From positions 23,004,001 through 23,068,000 of the forward strand of contig CM075988.1 of assembly GCA_038087875.1 (NCBI GenBank): 64,000 bases of DNA, in the 5' to 3' direction. The notes below the pieces were generated by a model, which worked only from the letters and a program-made list of their open reading frames with translations, did no database searches and was not told the origin of the DNA. Both the position numbers and the translations under genes were made by a program. Positions within the stretch are counted from its first letter, which is position 1; the number at the start of each line of letters is the position of its first letter. This document shows positions 12,345 through 25,300 of the stretch, piece after piece. The DNA comes from Malacoraja senta (Eukaryota).

Positions 12345-12990
12345 ATAGAAACATAGAAACTTAGAAAATAAGTTGCAGGAGTAGGCCATTCGGCCCTTCG
12401 AGCCTGCACCGCCATTCAATATGATCATGGCTGATCATCCAACTCAGTATCCTGTACCTGCCTTCTCTACATACCCCCTGATCCCTTTAGCCACAAGGGC
12501 CACATCTAACTCCCTCTTAAATATAGCCAATGAACTGGCCTCAACTACATTCTGTGGCAGAGAATTCCACAGATTCACCACTCTCTGTGTGAAAAATGAT
12601 TTTCTCATCTCGGTCCTAAAAGACTTCCCCCTTATCCTTAAACTGTGACCCCTTGTTCTGGACTTCCCCAACATCGGGAACAATCTTCTTGAATCTAGCC
12701 TGTCCAACCCCTTAAGAATCTTGTAAGTTTCTATAAGATCTCCCCTCAATCTTCCAAATTATAGCGAGTACATGCCGAATCTATCCAGTCTTTCTTCATA
12801 TGAAAGCCCTGCCATCCCAGGAATCAGTCTGGTGAACCTTCTCTGTACTCCCTCTATGGCAAGAATGTCTTTCCTCAGATTTGATGACCAAAACTGTACG
12901 CAATACTCCAGGTGTGGCCTCACCAAGACCCTGTACAACTGCAGTAGAACCTCCCTGCTCTTATACTCAAATCCTTTTGCTATGAACAAT
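12345..12990 (-). mobile_element. CR1-type LINE 3' fragment
   Basis: Reads LYRVLVRPHLEYCVQFWS...VQRRFTRLIPG...RGDLIETYKIL...RTRGHSLRI...FTQRVVNLWNSLP, with a (TTCTATGT)n tail. Confidence 0.9.
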
Positions 12991-13119
12991 TCTTTTAAAA
13001 GTTTTTACTTTTTATGATTTGATATCTACGCCCATGTTATTGGTCACTATTCTCCTGAGAGTAGTCAAAGCCACTTCCCACAATCAACAGTTCAAAATCA
13101 AATTACCACCCAGAACAGT

Positions 13120-13440
13120 GGTCATGGTGGCACAGTGGTCGAGTTGCTGCCTCACAGCGAATGCAGCGCCGGAAAACCATGTTCGATCCTGACAACGGGT
13201 GCTGTCTGTAGGGAGTTTGTACGTTCTCCCCGTGATCTGCTTGGGTTTTCTCCGGGATCTTCGGTTTCCTCCCACACTCCAAAGACCTACAGGTTTGTAG
13301 ATTAATTGGCTTGGTAAATGTAAAAATTGTCCCTAGTGGGTGTAGGATGGTGTTAATGTGCGGGGATCGCTGGTCGGCGCGGACTCGGTGGGCCGAATGG
13401 CCTGTTTCCACGCTGTATCTCTAAACCAAACCAAATTAAA
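13120..13440 (+). mobile_element. V-SINE (HE1-like), full length
   Basis: tRNA-like head, V core and a CTAAACCAAA tail. Confidence 0.85.
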
Positions 13441-14009
13441 CCAAAAAGACCAATTCATAAACTAATCAGTCTCTTCAGTGGCACTTGCAGGAGGTGACGG
13501 ATATATGTACTGAGAGTAACTCCCTTCCTAACTATTTCAGTCAGAATGGTTGTGCTCCTGCATTGATGCCCAATTTGATACTGCAAATTCTTAAAATTCA
13601 TTACAATTGTTTATTGCAGCTTTGTGTTAGATTTATGATGAAAAGTGGTGATAAATCTATGACTTAGATCTTCTGTAAATAGTTTTCAAGCAGACGTGTA
13701 ATTAATGAAGGAGAATAAACATGTTTATCAAAAGAAGTTGTTGAAGTGGCTCATGTGGAACATCACACCACTGATTTAGTTTTAATTTATAACATAGACA
13801 CAAAATGCTGGAGTAACTCAGCGGGACAGGCAGCATCTCTGGAGAAAAGGAATGGGTGACGTTTCAGGACGAGACCCTTTTTTAGAAGGCCCCCTCCTCC
13901 GCCTATCATGGACTTTTACTGTAAAGTCAAATCTCTTAACTGCTTGAGTGGGTCTTGCCATTTTTGAGCACATATCGACAAGATTTGCAGACATTGCGCT
14001 CAAGAAAAT

Positions 14010-14475
14010 ACCTTTCTGTCCTGGGCCTCCACCACTGTCAGAGTGAGGCCCATCACAAATTGGAGGAACAGCACCTCATATTTCACTTGGGCAGCTTACA
14101 ACCCAGCAGTATGAATATTGACTTCTCAAACTTCAAGTAACTTTTGCTTCCCCTCTCCCTCCGTCCCTCCCCCATCCTAGTTCTCCGACCAGTCTGACTG
14201 TCCTCCTGGTTAAATTTTACATTGTATGCCTCGTGGACACCTTCCGCTAGCTAACAATGATCTATTCGCCATTGTCCCCTTTGATCTCTCGTTTTCACAC
14301 CTTACCCTTCCATATCTCTTGTTTCCCTCTCCCCCGACTCTCAGTCTGAAGAAGGGTCTCGACCTGAAACGTCACCCATTCCTTCCCTCCAGAGATGCTG
14401 CCTGTCCCGCTGAGGTGCTCCAGCATTTTGTCTCCATCTTCGGTGTAAAGCAGTATCTGCAGTTTGTTTCTACAC
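14010..14475 (+). mobile_element. Penelope-like element 3' end (GIY-YIG C-terminus plus pLTR with hammerhead motif)
   Basis: Reads LSVLGLHHCQSEAHHKLEEQHLIFHLGSLQPSSMNIDFSNFK*, typical of the PLE endonuclease C-terminus. Followed by CTGAAGA-AGGGTCTCGACCT-GAAACGTC at 14346-14373. Confidence 0.8.
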
Positions 14476-14516
14476 AAGACATATATAGCCTTAAAAATAA
14501 GATAGAATGTGTTTGT

Positions 14517-14699
14517 AGACAAAAATGCTGGAGAAACTCAGCGGGTGAGGCAGCATCTATGGAGCGAAGGAAATAGGCAACGTTTTGGGCCGAAACGTTG
14601 CCTATTTCCTTTGCTCCATAGATGCTGCTGCACCCGCTGAGATTCTCCAGCATTTTTGTGTACCTTCGATTTTCCAGCATCTGCAGTTCCTTCTTAAAC
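14517..14699. mobile_element. Palindromic Penelope-derived element
   Basis: Inverted arms around CCGAAACGTTGCC. 15-bp TSD ATAGAATRTGTTTGT (14502-16 and 14700-14). Confidence 0.72.
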
Positions 14700-15469
14700 A
14701 TAGAATATGTTTGTGCTATTTCCAATTGGTGCTGTTCCCATTCTCTATTTTGTAAGGTGCTCCATCTGGTGGCAAACTTCAGAACTGCTACAAATTGAAC
14801 TAATTAGGGGTAATCAATTGAGATTTGAACATATCTACTTGAATCTAATAAATCAGATTTGAAACCACTGGGTCAATCAATACATATTTGTCTCATTCAC
14901 CTTTAATTTGTTGGTATCGTTCTTTTACATTCAGACTTAAATGTGATTTAATGTTCCCAGAAATGTATTTCAATTCACTTATTACACATTTTCAATAACA
15001 TGACTGGCTTAGTTATAAGAAAGAAACTAACAATCGAAACAAATTATTTAATTGTCAAGAACATATTCTTTGGCCTTTCTTTCTCTCCAGATAGTTATAC
15101 ATTGACAAGTGAAATGAAATCCAGCAATGCTCTGCAATAAGATCTCGTCTACTGGTCAAGGTGCAGCAGATGATGCTAGCACAAGGGGGAGCATTTTACC
15201 TACTTGCTGTGAGAAACAAAATGCATTTCTTTGACTCACAAATTTAATTTTGATTAGACTTCATATAAAAGATACTTCCTCTCAAGAGCTGAAAATAAGG
15301 TGTGACTATTCCAATAACATTTAAAATATAGTTAGATTGGAAGCTCTGATTCCTCTCCTTTTTTCAACATAATTTACTCTTAATTAAGTTAACCATGCAG
15401 TTGAGATTAAATCCACAGATAGACTTAAAACCGTGTTCATTGGCAGATAGTAACGTGTTATTGGCTTTT

Positions 15470-15776
15470 TTTTAGTTTAGATTAGAGATACAGTGCAGAA
15501 ACAGGCCCTTCGGCCCATCGAGTCCGAGCCAACCAGCGATCCCCGTACACCAGCACTATCCTACACACTAGGGACAATTTACGATTTTACCAAATTCAAT
15601 TAACCTACAACCCGCACGTCTTTACAATGTGGGAGGGAACCAGAACACCCGGAGAAAACCCACGCGGTCACGGGGAGAACGTACTAACTCCATATGGACA
15701 GCACCCATAGTCAGGATCGAACCCGGGTATATGGAGCTGTAAGGCAGCAACTCTACCACTGCGCCACTGTGCCACC
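15470..15776 (-). mobile_element. V-SINE (HE1-like), full length
   Basis: Same family on the minus strand. Confidence 0.85.
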
Positions 15777-16098
15777 CTCTTAGCATTTAATTAACATTAT
15801 TAATAATATAACATCACTGCATAATGTAACATACATTATCAGCATTTTTCAGATTATCATTTAGGCTGTTGATTTAATCAGAATTAATTGTAAAATTATA
15901 AATAAAACTGTGAGTTGCTTGTGTTTTAAAACACTAATGGAATTACCGATACTTTTGATTAATAAAAAAGGAAAACATATTTTCTTTAAGAGATGGGGAA
16001 GTGGAGGGGTGGGGATAAAGAGGAAGGAATGGGGAGGGGAGTGTGAAGTGTGGAAGGTAGTGAGTGGGGCAGTGCAAGGGTTATAGATTGTGGTCTAA

Positions 16099-16543
16099 AG
16101 GGCCTGATCCACTTGGCCGTCATTTGCGCCTCATTTGCGCGTCATATGTAAAATAGGTCGACTCGTCGTCACGTGTGATATCGCGCGTCATCACGCCGTC
16201 TGGTGCGTGTGACGTCATTAGAATACCCTGCGGCGCGCGGCGACACATGGTTACGCACGGTGACGTAACCATGTGATACACGTTAGACATCGGGACGCCA
16301 GCGTGCGACGCCAATGCGTCAGCTTGCGTACGCGATATGCACGCAGGTGGCGCGCAAGGATTTCGTGCAGCACGAAATCCTGGCACGCCGCTCGATACCG
16401 CTCGCAACTCCACACTCCTCCGCGCCTCTCCATGCGCCCGTCCCGCGCTACCCACACGCTACCCATGCGTCCGAAACGCGACAACCACATTTTTGGAGGT
16501 CGGGTAAATGGCGCGCAAATGACGGCCAAGTGGGACAGGCCCT
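16099..16543. mobile_element. CpG-rich MITE (PIF/Harbinger-like), same TIR family as 3851-4499
   Basis: About 31-bp TIRs AGGGCCTG(A/T)(T/C)CCACTTGGCCGTCATTTGCGC, with TAA/TTA flanks. Confidence 0.72.
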
Positions 16544-19151
16544 TTACTTCCATGAGGGTGGATGTTGTAAGCTCAAGGAGCTTACTTCTACATCCTTGTA
16601 TGTAGAAGTGGTTTGTGTGGGGATTAAATAATAAAGGCTAGAGGATACTTGCGGAAGTGACTGATCCCTTAACAGTAGCTACACAGTAGGGCAACGTGTA
16701 CAATGGTTACAAAGAGAGGTAGAATGGTAATCATGGGGGAACTGAATTCACATATAACTTGTAAAATCAAATGGGCAAAAATCAGTTTAGTTTAGCTTAT
16801 TTTTAAGAAAGAACTGCAGATGCTGGAAAAATCGAAGGTAGACCAAAATGCTGGAGAAACTCAGCGGGTGAGGCAGCATCTGTGGAGAGAAAGAATAGGC
16901 GACGTTTCGGGTCGAGACCCTTCTTCAGACTGATGTCAGTGGGGGGGGCAGGGGGGGCGAGAAAAATAAAGGAAGAGGCGAAGACAGTAGGCTTGTGGGA
17001 GAGCTGGGAAGGGGAGGGGAAGAAGGGAGAAAGCAAGTTTAGTTTATGGTCACGTGTACCGAGGCACAGTGAAAAGCTTTTGTTGCATGCTATCTAGTCA
17101 GCGGAAAGACAATACAAGATTACCATCGAACCATTTACAGTGTATAGATGCATGATAAGGGAATAACAGTGTAGTGCAAGGTAAAGCCAGCAAAGGCCGA
17201 ACAAGGATAGTCCGAGAAAAATAGCTATGATGAGAAGTTCACAGATTGTTTGATTAGAAAAGCACATCTCAGAGGCACCCAAAGAGCAGACTACAGTAGA
17301 ATTAGTGTTCTCAAAAGAGCCAGCTTTGATTAATGACTTCATTGTGAAGGCACTCCTAAATTTACTTTTAGGGAGAGAAGAATGAGCAATATTTTAAACT
17401 TTATAAAGGGGAATTAGCAGGAATAATAGAAGTGAACAGACAAAGTAGATTAATGGATTATAGATGCAAAAAGCTGGAGTAACTCAGCGGGACAGGGAGC
17501 ATCTTTGAAGAGAAGGAATAGGTGACGTTTCGGGTTAAGACCCTTCTTCAGATTAATGGATTGGTCAATTAAGATGCAGTGACAGCTACTGAGCGGGATC
17601 CTCCACAATGTACAGAATGGATACATTCCCAATGATGAAGAAGTACTCCATGATCCATCGTCAATGCTTAACTAAAAAAGTTAACAGTAATATCAAAGTT
17701 AAAAAGAAAACATTCAATTGTACAGAGACTGGTGGTAGGTCAAAAGATGGGACAGAATATAAAACGGCAAAGAATGGCTCAAAAAATAATACGGTTAGTT
17801 TATTTTATTATCGCCAGGTACAGTGAAAAGCTTTTGTTTGCGTGCTATCCAGACAAAGAAAAGATTATATAGGAATATAATCAAGCCATCCACTGTGCAC
17901 AGATTAAGGATAAAGGGGACAACACGATATAACATTGAAGATACTTCAAAGATCTCCAATGAGGTAGATGGGAGGTCAGGACTGCACCATAGCTGGTGAC
18001 AAATTAGAGGATAAGAGGAAGTTAGCCAGAAATATGAAAACAGATAGTAAGGATTTCTGCAGACATTTAAAAATCAAATCAAATCAAAAAGGACAATTGA
18101 ACGTGTGGGGAGTTAATGATGAGAAAACAATGAGATGGCAAATGAATTAAGAGGTATTTTGTATCAGTCTTCAAAGCAAAATATACAAGCAGCATCCCAG
18201 AATTAGCTTCTGATCAGGAATTAGAAGGGGAGTAGGAACTAGTGACTATTGCAATCACCAGGGGAGCGTAATGTTGGGACTCGAGGGTGAGAAGCCTTTG
18301 GGTCCTGGTGGATGAACCTGAAAAGGTCTGGCCAGTGAGATAGTTAACTTACGAGCACAAAGTGCAGGAACAGCTCAGTGGGTAAGAGGGCATCTCTGGA
18401 GGAGGTAGAGGCTTCATTTCGTGACGAGACCCTTCTTCAGATTCGTACGCAAAACGGGGTGGGAGATTGCAACCTTCACGCGGTCCGCCCTGTTTCGACG
18501 AATGCAATCAACCCGGCGTGCACAATCAAATAAGATCAAATAGAACAAGTTGTCCTTCAACTTTAGGCTGTGGACGCCATACGCACGAAGGAGAAGAAGA
18601 AGTACACGAAACGTCTCTGAAATAGTTAACATGTTGTAGAACACGTTGCCTTTTGACCTACACTGTCTGCCAAACATAATGCCGACACCAAGTCTTATTT
18701 CCCTGCACATCCATCAGTCTATCTAAATGTCCCTGAAACACCACTATTGTACCTGCCTCAAACACCACCCCAAGGCACTCACCACGTTCTGTGGGGAAAA
18801 AACTTGCCCCACTAACTTTGTCCCTCTTACCTTAAAGCTAGTTCCTCTCGTATATGATTTTCCATCCTGGAAGAAAGGTTCTGAGTGTCTACCCTATTAG
18901 TGTCTGTAATAATTTTATATGCTACTATCAGGTCTCTCCGCAAGCTCTGGTAATCCAGGGAAAACTTTGTTCAACTTGTCCCTATAGGAAATAGCTCCTA
19001 ATCCAAGCATCACTTTGGTAAACCTCCTCCGCACCCTTTCCAAAGCCTCCACATCCTTCCTGTAATGGGGCGAGCAGAACTGCATACAGTACTCTGAATG
19101 CGGACATAACTAACTTCCTATAAAGCTGCCTCCTAACATCCTGACTCTTAT

Positions 19152-19363
19152 GGTAGACACAAAATGCTGGAGTAACTCAGCGGGACACGCAGCATCTCTG
19201 GAGAGAAGGAATGGGTGACGTTTCGGGTCGAGACCCTTCTAAGTGTCTCGAACGGAAACGTCACCCATTCCTTCTCTCCAGAGATGCTGCCTGTCCCGCT
19301 GAGTTACTCCAGCATTTTGTATCTACCTTCGATTTAAATCAGCATCTGCAGTTCTTCCCTACG
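19152..19363. mobile_element. Palindromic (inverted-pair) Penelope-derived element inserted in a CR1 fragment
   Basis: Arms AGACACAAAATGCTGGAGTAACTCAGCGGG... and their reverse complement. 15-bp TSD CATCCTGAYTCTTAT (19137-51 and 19364-78). Confidence 0.75.
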
Positions 19364-20594
19364 CATCCTGATTCTTATACTCAATGCCCCAATCTATGAA
19401 GGCAAACATACCATATGTCATATTTACCACTCTATCTACTAGTGTTGCCACCTTCAGGGAGTTATGGGCTGGGACACCAAAATCCCTTGTTTTTAATTTT
19501 CCCCAATGGAAATATTAATTAGATTGGAAAATAGCAAATTTAGCTCTTTTATTGAAAACAGGAAGGAGAGAATGCAGGTGACTATAGGTTTTCTGGCTTA
19601 ACATCTGTCATTAGGAAAATATTAAATGCTCTAACAGGACACCATGCAAATTTCAAAATAAATCATATTTGATTAAATTATGGGAATTCCTCAAAAGATA
19701 ATGGATATTATCCAGGAGGCATTTTCTACAGCAAAGTTTATCGGACCAAGAGTTCAAGAGAGTTTATTGTCATGTGTCCCTAATAGGACAATTAAATTCT
19801 TGCTTTGCTTTAGCACAACAGAACATAGTAGGCATGAATACAGAACAGATCAGTGTGTCCATATACCATTGTATAAATATATACACACATGAATAAATAA
19901 ACTGATAAAGTGCAAATAAACAGATTATGGGCTATTAATGTTCAGAGTTTTGTCCGAGCCGAGTTTAACCTTAAAACATAGGACCAGAATTAGGCCATTC
20001 AGCCCTTCAAGTCTGCTCCGCCATTCGATTCAATTGATGGAAATGGGCATTGATGAGACATCCCGGTGACGTTCCCAGTTTCAAATTCAAATTCAGATTC
20101 AGATTCACATTTATTGTGGCATGCACCAATTAAGGTACAGTGATATTTGAGTTACCATGCAGCCATACAATTAAAAGAACACAACACAATTAAAAGAATG
20201 ATAGAACTTGACATAAACATCCACCACAGTGATCACTGTGATGAAAGGCAATAAAGTTCAGTCAGTCATCCTCCTTTTGTTCACCCGTGTTTGGGGCCTT
20301 GACCCTCTGCAGTCGAGCTATGGACGGCCCGATGTGCAAGCCCTCTCGTCGGGATGATCAATGCTCCGACGTCGGGACGGATGGAACACACTCCGCGGCT
20401 TGGAGTGCCCAAATCGTCCACTTTCTTTCCGGAGACCGCGGCTTCTCGATGTTATAGGCCGCAGGCAGGCCAGCAGTCAGAGCTCTTCTCCGGCGATCCC
20501 TGGCTCAGGGATGGTAAAGTCCGCTCCACGAGAAAGAAGCTCCGCAGACCACGGCTTCACGATGTTAAAGTCAGCAGGCCGGCGGTCGGAGCCA

Positions 20595-21205
20595 GCACGG
20601 AAACAGACCATTCGGCCCACCGGGTCCACACCATCCAGCGCTCCCCGTAAACTAGTTCTATCCTAGACACCAGGGACAATTTACAGAAGCCAACTAACCT
20701 ACAAACCTGCACGTCTTTGGATTGTGGGAGGAAACCGGAGCACCCGGTGAAAACCCACATGGTCACAGGGAGAACTGAGGATAAGTGATTCAGGGTTGAC
20801 ACGGTGGTACAGCAGTAGAATTGCTGCCGTACAGCGCCAAAGACCCAGGTTCAATCCTGACTACGGCTGCTGTCTTTATGGAATTTGTACGATTTCCCCG
20901 TGACCGCGTGGGTTTTCCCCGGGTGCTCCGGTTTCCTCCCACACTCCAAAGATGTACATGTTTGTAGGTTAATTGGCTTTGGTAAAGATTGTAAATCATC
21001 CCTCGTGTATGTAGGATAGTGCTAGTGTACGGGAATCGCTGCCTGGCATGGACTCCGTGGGCTGATAGGGCCTGTTTCCGTGCTGTATCTCCAAACTAAA
21101 CTAAACTAAACTAAACATGCAAACTCCACACAGACAGCACCTGTAGTCAGGGTCGAACCCAGGTCTCTGGCGCTGTAAGGCAGCAACTCTACCGCTGTGC
21201 CACAA
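20595..21205. mobile_element. Clustered or nested V-SINE copies
   Basis: A minus-strand copy is split by a plus-strand copy (about 20800-21115) with a CTAAA tail. Confidence 0.75.
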
Positions 21206-22076
21206 TGCCGTGTAACGTGCAAAATTCCTAGTGGGGAATCTAGAACAAATCTGGGGTCACACATTTTCGACAGACATGAGGAGGATTTCCTTCTCTCCAG
21301 GGTTGCAAATTTTCGGAATTCTCCAAAGCTGAGACATTGACTAAATTGTCGGCTGAGAGACACATTGTTAATCTTTGGGGAACAAGTTCAACAGTGGAGT
21401 TGAAGCCAAAATCAGATCAGCCATGAAACGGTGAAGCAAGCCTGAGAAGGTGTAAGGCTCCTATTTGCTCTATTTTTCGCTCGTATAAAATAACCAAACA
21501 CATTAAGGTCTGAACAAAGGCTCTTAACAGCGGAAGGGTAACTTAATCCCTTGTGTATTCCCCTTAATATAAAACTGATCGCCATTAACAATGTTTAAGA
21601 AAGAACTGCAGATGCTGGAAAAATCGAAGGTAGACAAAAATGCTGGAGAAACTCAGCGGGTGAGGCAGCATCTATGGAGCGAAGGAATAGGTGACGTTTC
21701 GGGTCGAGACCCTTCTTCAGACTGATCAATATTTTTGTCCAGCATTTTTGTCCACCTGCCATTAACAATGAATGTTTCTGTCACCTAGCTTTTATTGATT
21801 TGTTTTCTTCATCTTCAAATCTCTTTGCTCCACGACATTTGCCAAATTCTCACTATTTATTGCACATACCTGGCACACGGACGATTATTAGGGCATCGAT
21901 GTGACAATCTAATTTTTTACATCTTACTAACTAAAACCACAGGCTCGAAACTGCTCAGTTTGACTCATTCAGCAAGCTGTAATTGCAATACAATGCAGGC
22001 ACCATTCCCATTTCTAACTCAGTGAAACTAGTTCACTTTCACCCACATACCCATCCGTTGAATCGATGTTCAACAA

Positions 22077-22365
22077 TGGTGGCGCAGCGGTAGAGTCGCT
22101 GCCTCACAGCGCCAGAGACCCGGGTTCGATCCCGACTACGGGTGCTGTCTGTACGGAGTTTGTACGTTCTCCCTGTGACCATGTGGGTTTTCTCCGGGTG
22201 CTCCGGTTTCCTCCCACACTCCAAAGATGTGCAGGTTAAGTGGTAAAAATTGTAAATTGTCCATAGTGTGTAGGATAGTGTTAGTGAACTGGGATTGCTG
22301 ATTGGCATGGACTCGATGGGCCGAAGGGCCTGTTTCTGCGCTGTATCTCTAAACTAAACTAAACT
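22077..22365 (+). mobile_element. V-SINE (HE1-like), full length
   Basis: A/B boxes, V core and (CTAAA)n tail. Further full or partial copies lie near 1.1-1.5, 2.9-3.2, 6.5, 23.4, 24.05, 27.0, 31.4, 32.5, 34.3-34.8, 41.8, 43.3-43.8, 50.3, 53.7 and 61.7 kb. Confidence 0.85.
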
Positions 22366-25300
22366 AAGTCACTAGGCAGGGCAGGCTCTCTTTCTAAGCT
22401 GAAGATAGACACAAAGTGTTGGAGTAATGCAGCGGATTGGACAGCATCTCTGGAGACAAAGGATGGGTGGCATTTTGGGTCGGAAACCTTCTCCAGACTG
22501 ATATTCATCCTTTTGATATTTTGATACTTTGATATTTTGATATTCATCTTTTTACTCCAGAGATGCTGCCTGAGTTACTCCAACACGTTGTGTCTATCTT
22601 TGGTATAAACCAGCATCTGCTGTTCCTTCCTACCGAAAGACAGACACAAAATGTTGGAGTAACTCAGCGGGACAGGCAGCATCTCTGGATAGAAGATCTG
22701 GGTGACGTTTCTGGTCGAGACCCTTCCTACACTCTCTTTCTAAGCTGCCTGGTTCAAAATCACCTATTCCTTTGTATTCTCCCAGGCATCAGATATTGGC
22801 AGATGGGCATTTGACACACATACAAAACCATTTATTCTATGAATTGGGAAAATATGTTTAGCAGGAATCAGCTTGCATGAATGTGAAACATGATTCACAA
22901 ACTCGACTTTCCAGTTCTCTGCGGCCTGATCAGACTGATTCTATTATTCCACTATGCATAACTGCCAAACAGAGACAGGATTTGTGAAAATAGCTCTATC
23001 CAATGGCCATCCCAGTCACATAACCTCTTTTTAGTTGATGCATGTTTTGTTTGTCAAGGTAAGATAGCAGATTGCAGTCCAATGTTCTGAATAATTCTGT
23101 GTTGTTTGTGAGTCATAATCAGACTCTGTGTTCCACACCTCACCGCCCTCCTTCCCAAACAGGCTGTGCCTTACAAATGTGCCACGCCTGTCGAATCATG
23201 CCTGCTTCTTAGAAAGGTATGCCGCAGAGAGCTTATTTCCCAAACAAATATGGCCACCAGATAAACTATAACCAATACCGATGAAATGGGGAATCGTTTC
23301 GGAAACAATGAGTCCAAGAACACACTTCATTTCATTGCCTTAATGATGGGGTTTGTGTGTGGATAGGTGCTTGCCAGCATCACCTGGGGCGGCACGGTGG
23401 TGCAGCAGTAGAGTTGCAACCTTATAGCGCCAGGGACCCGGGTTCAATCCTGACCACATACGGAGTTTATCGTTCTCCCCGTCCCAGTGGCCGCATGGGT
23501 TTTCCCTGGATGCTCCGGTTTCCTCCCACACTCCAAAGACATACAGGTTTGTAGATTAATCAAATTTGTTCTTTGTAAACTGTCCCTAGTGTGTAAGAAG
23601 GTGATAATGGGCATGGTGATGGTGGGTCAGCACGGACTCGGTGGGCCGAAGGGCCTGTTTCCGCACTGTATCACTAAACTAAACTAAAATCTAACCTTAT
23701 GCTTGATACAGTTGGGGATGCCAGTTTGATAGGTGCGTGGACCCACTATGTAAAGCATAGACCAAGTGGATCCCCATTCCCTAAAGATTCTGAAGAAGGG
23801 TTCTGACCCCAAAATCCCACCTATCTATCTTCTCCAGGGATGCGGCCTGACCTGCTGAGTTACTCCAACTTATTGTGTCTATCTTTGGTATAAATCAGGA
23901 ATCTGCAATTCCTTTTTATTCTTTTTATCTCTTTCTTTCAAAGTAATCTCATGGCTAGTTCCACGGACTGAAGTGGTGGGAGCATCATGCCAAAAGTCAA
24001 AAATGTTTAATTGTCAAATGGACCGGAAATGGAACAATGGATCGGCAGGCAGGCACGGTGATGCAGCGGTAGAGTTGCTGCCTTACAGCGCCAGAGACCC
24101 GGGTTCGACTGACTGCCGGTGCTGTGTTTGTACAGAGATTGTACCTTCGCCCCACGGGCTGCATGGGTTTTCTCCGAGATCGTCTGTTTCCTCCCAAAAT
24201 TAATTTAAAAAACAGGTTCAGGAAGTGAAAAGAATGAATGAATAAGAAACTTGCTTCCATTAAAGAGTATATATGGTAAAATAATACTATCATGCATCAT
24301 TTCGGAAAAATGTGGACTGACATTTTGACATATGCCAAGAATTTACAATCAAAACATGACACGATCCTTAAACGCCACTATCGCACTCAAACATTACCTG
24401 ATTACTATCACAATGTTTGATACACATTTAGACAGGTACATGGATAGGACAGGTTTAGAGGGATATGGGTCACGTGCGGGCAGGTGGGACTAGTGTAGAT
24501 GGGGCATGTTGGTCAGTGTGGGCAAGTTGGGCTGAAGGGCCTGTTTCCATGCCCTATGACTCAAGGGCTCTATACACAATCAGAGGCTGCCCTTTATTAT
24601 GAATAAAACCACAGATTTTAAAGTATCTGATCAATGTTTAGAAAAATCTCTTACCTTGCCGGAGATGCGATTGTTTTCCGGATCATATCTCCGGTCGCTC
24701 TGCGGCCTAACATCATGGAGCTGGAGGCCTCGCTCGGGACTGATTTTGAGCCCCACCGCGGGGATGTGGACTTACCATCGGAGCCGATCCCTTGCCTGGG
24801 ATCGACGCTCCAACCGCGACCTGCGGAAATCTCACCATCTTCTACTTCTTCTTCTTCTTCTTCTTCTTCTTGCGTTTGAGGCAGCAGAAGTCTGCAGCAG
24901 GATGATGCCATCCGGTTCGACATCGGTAGGTGCCCGCCCCAAAAAGGGCGCATGCTCCGGGTTGGCGCCAAGCTGCGACGCTGCTGCTGTCTCTGTTTGT
25001 TGTCGTTCGCCAGACTGAGGTCAGTTGACAGGGCTCACCACGGGGAGGTCGACAACATGAGCCCCATTTCACCATCGGGGAGCTCGCAGTGTCGGGTAGA
25101 GACCGATGTCGGGAGCCCCAAACGACGCAGAAAGTTTCGACCAGCCGATGCAGGAGCTTGATCGCCCCGACGCGGAGGGCCTGACCGCCGGCTATGGGAG
25201 TCAAGATCGCCCCGTCAACAGAAGGCTCGAGGCCCCCGACCGCGGGAGAACAAAGAAGGGAAGAGATTGAACTTTTTTTTTGCCTTCCATCACAGTGGAG

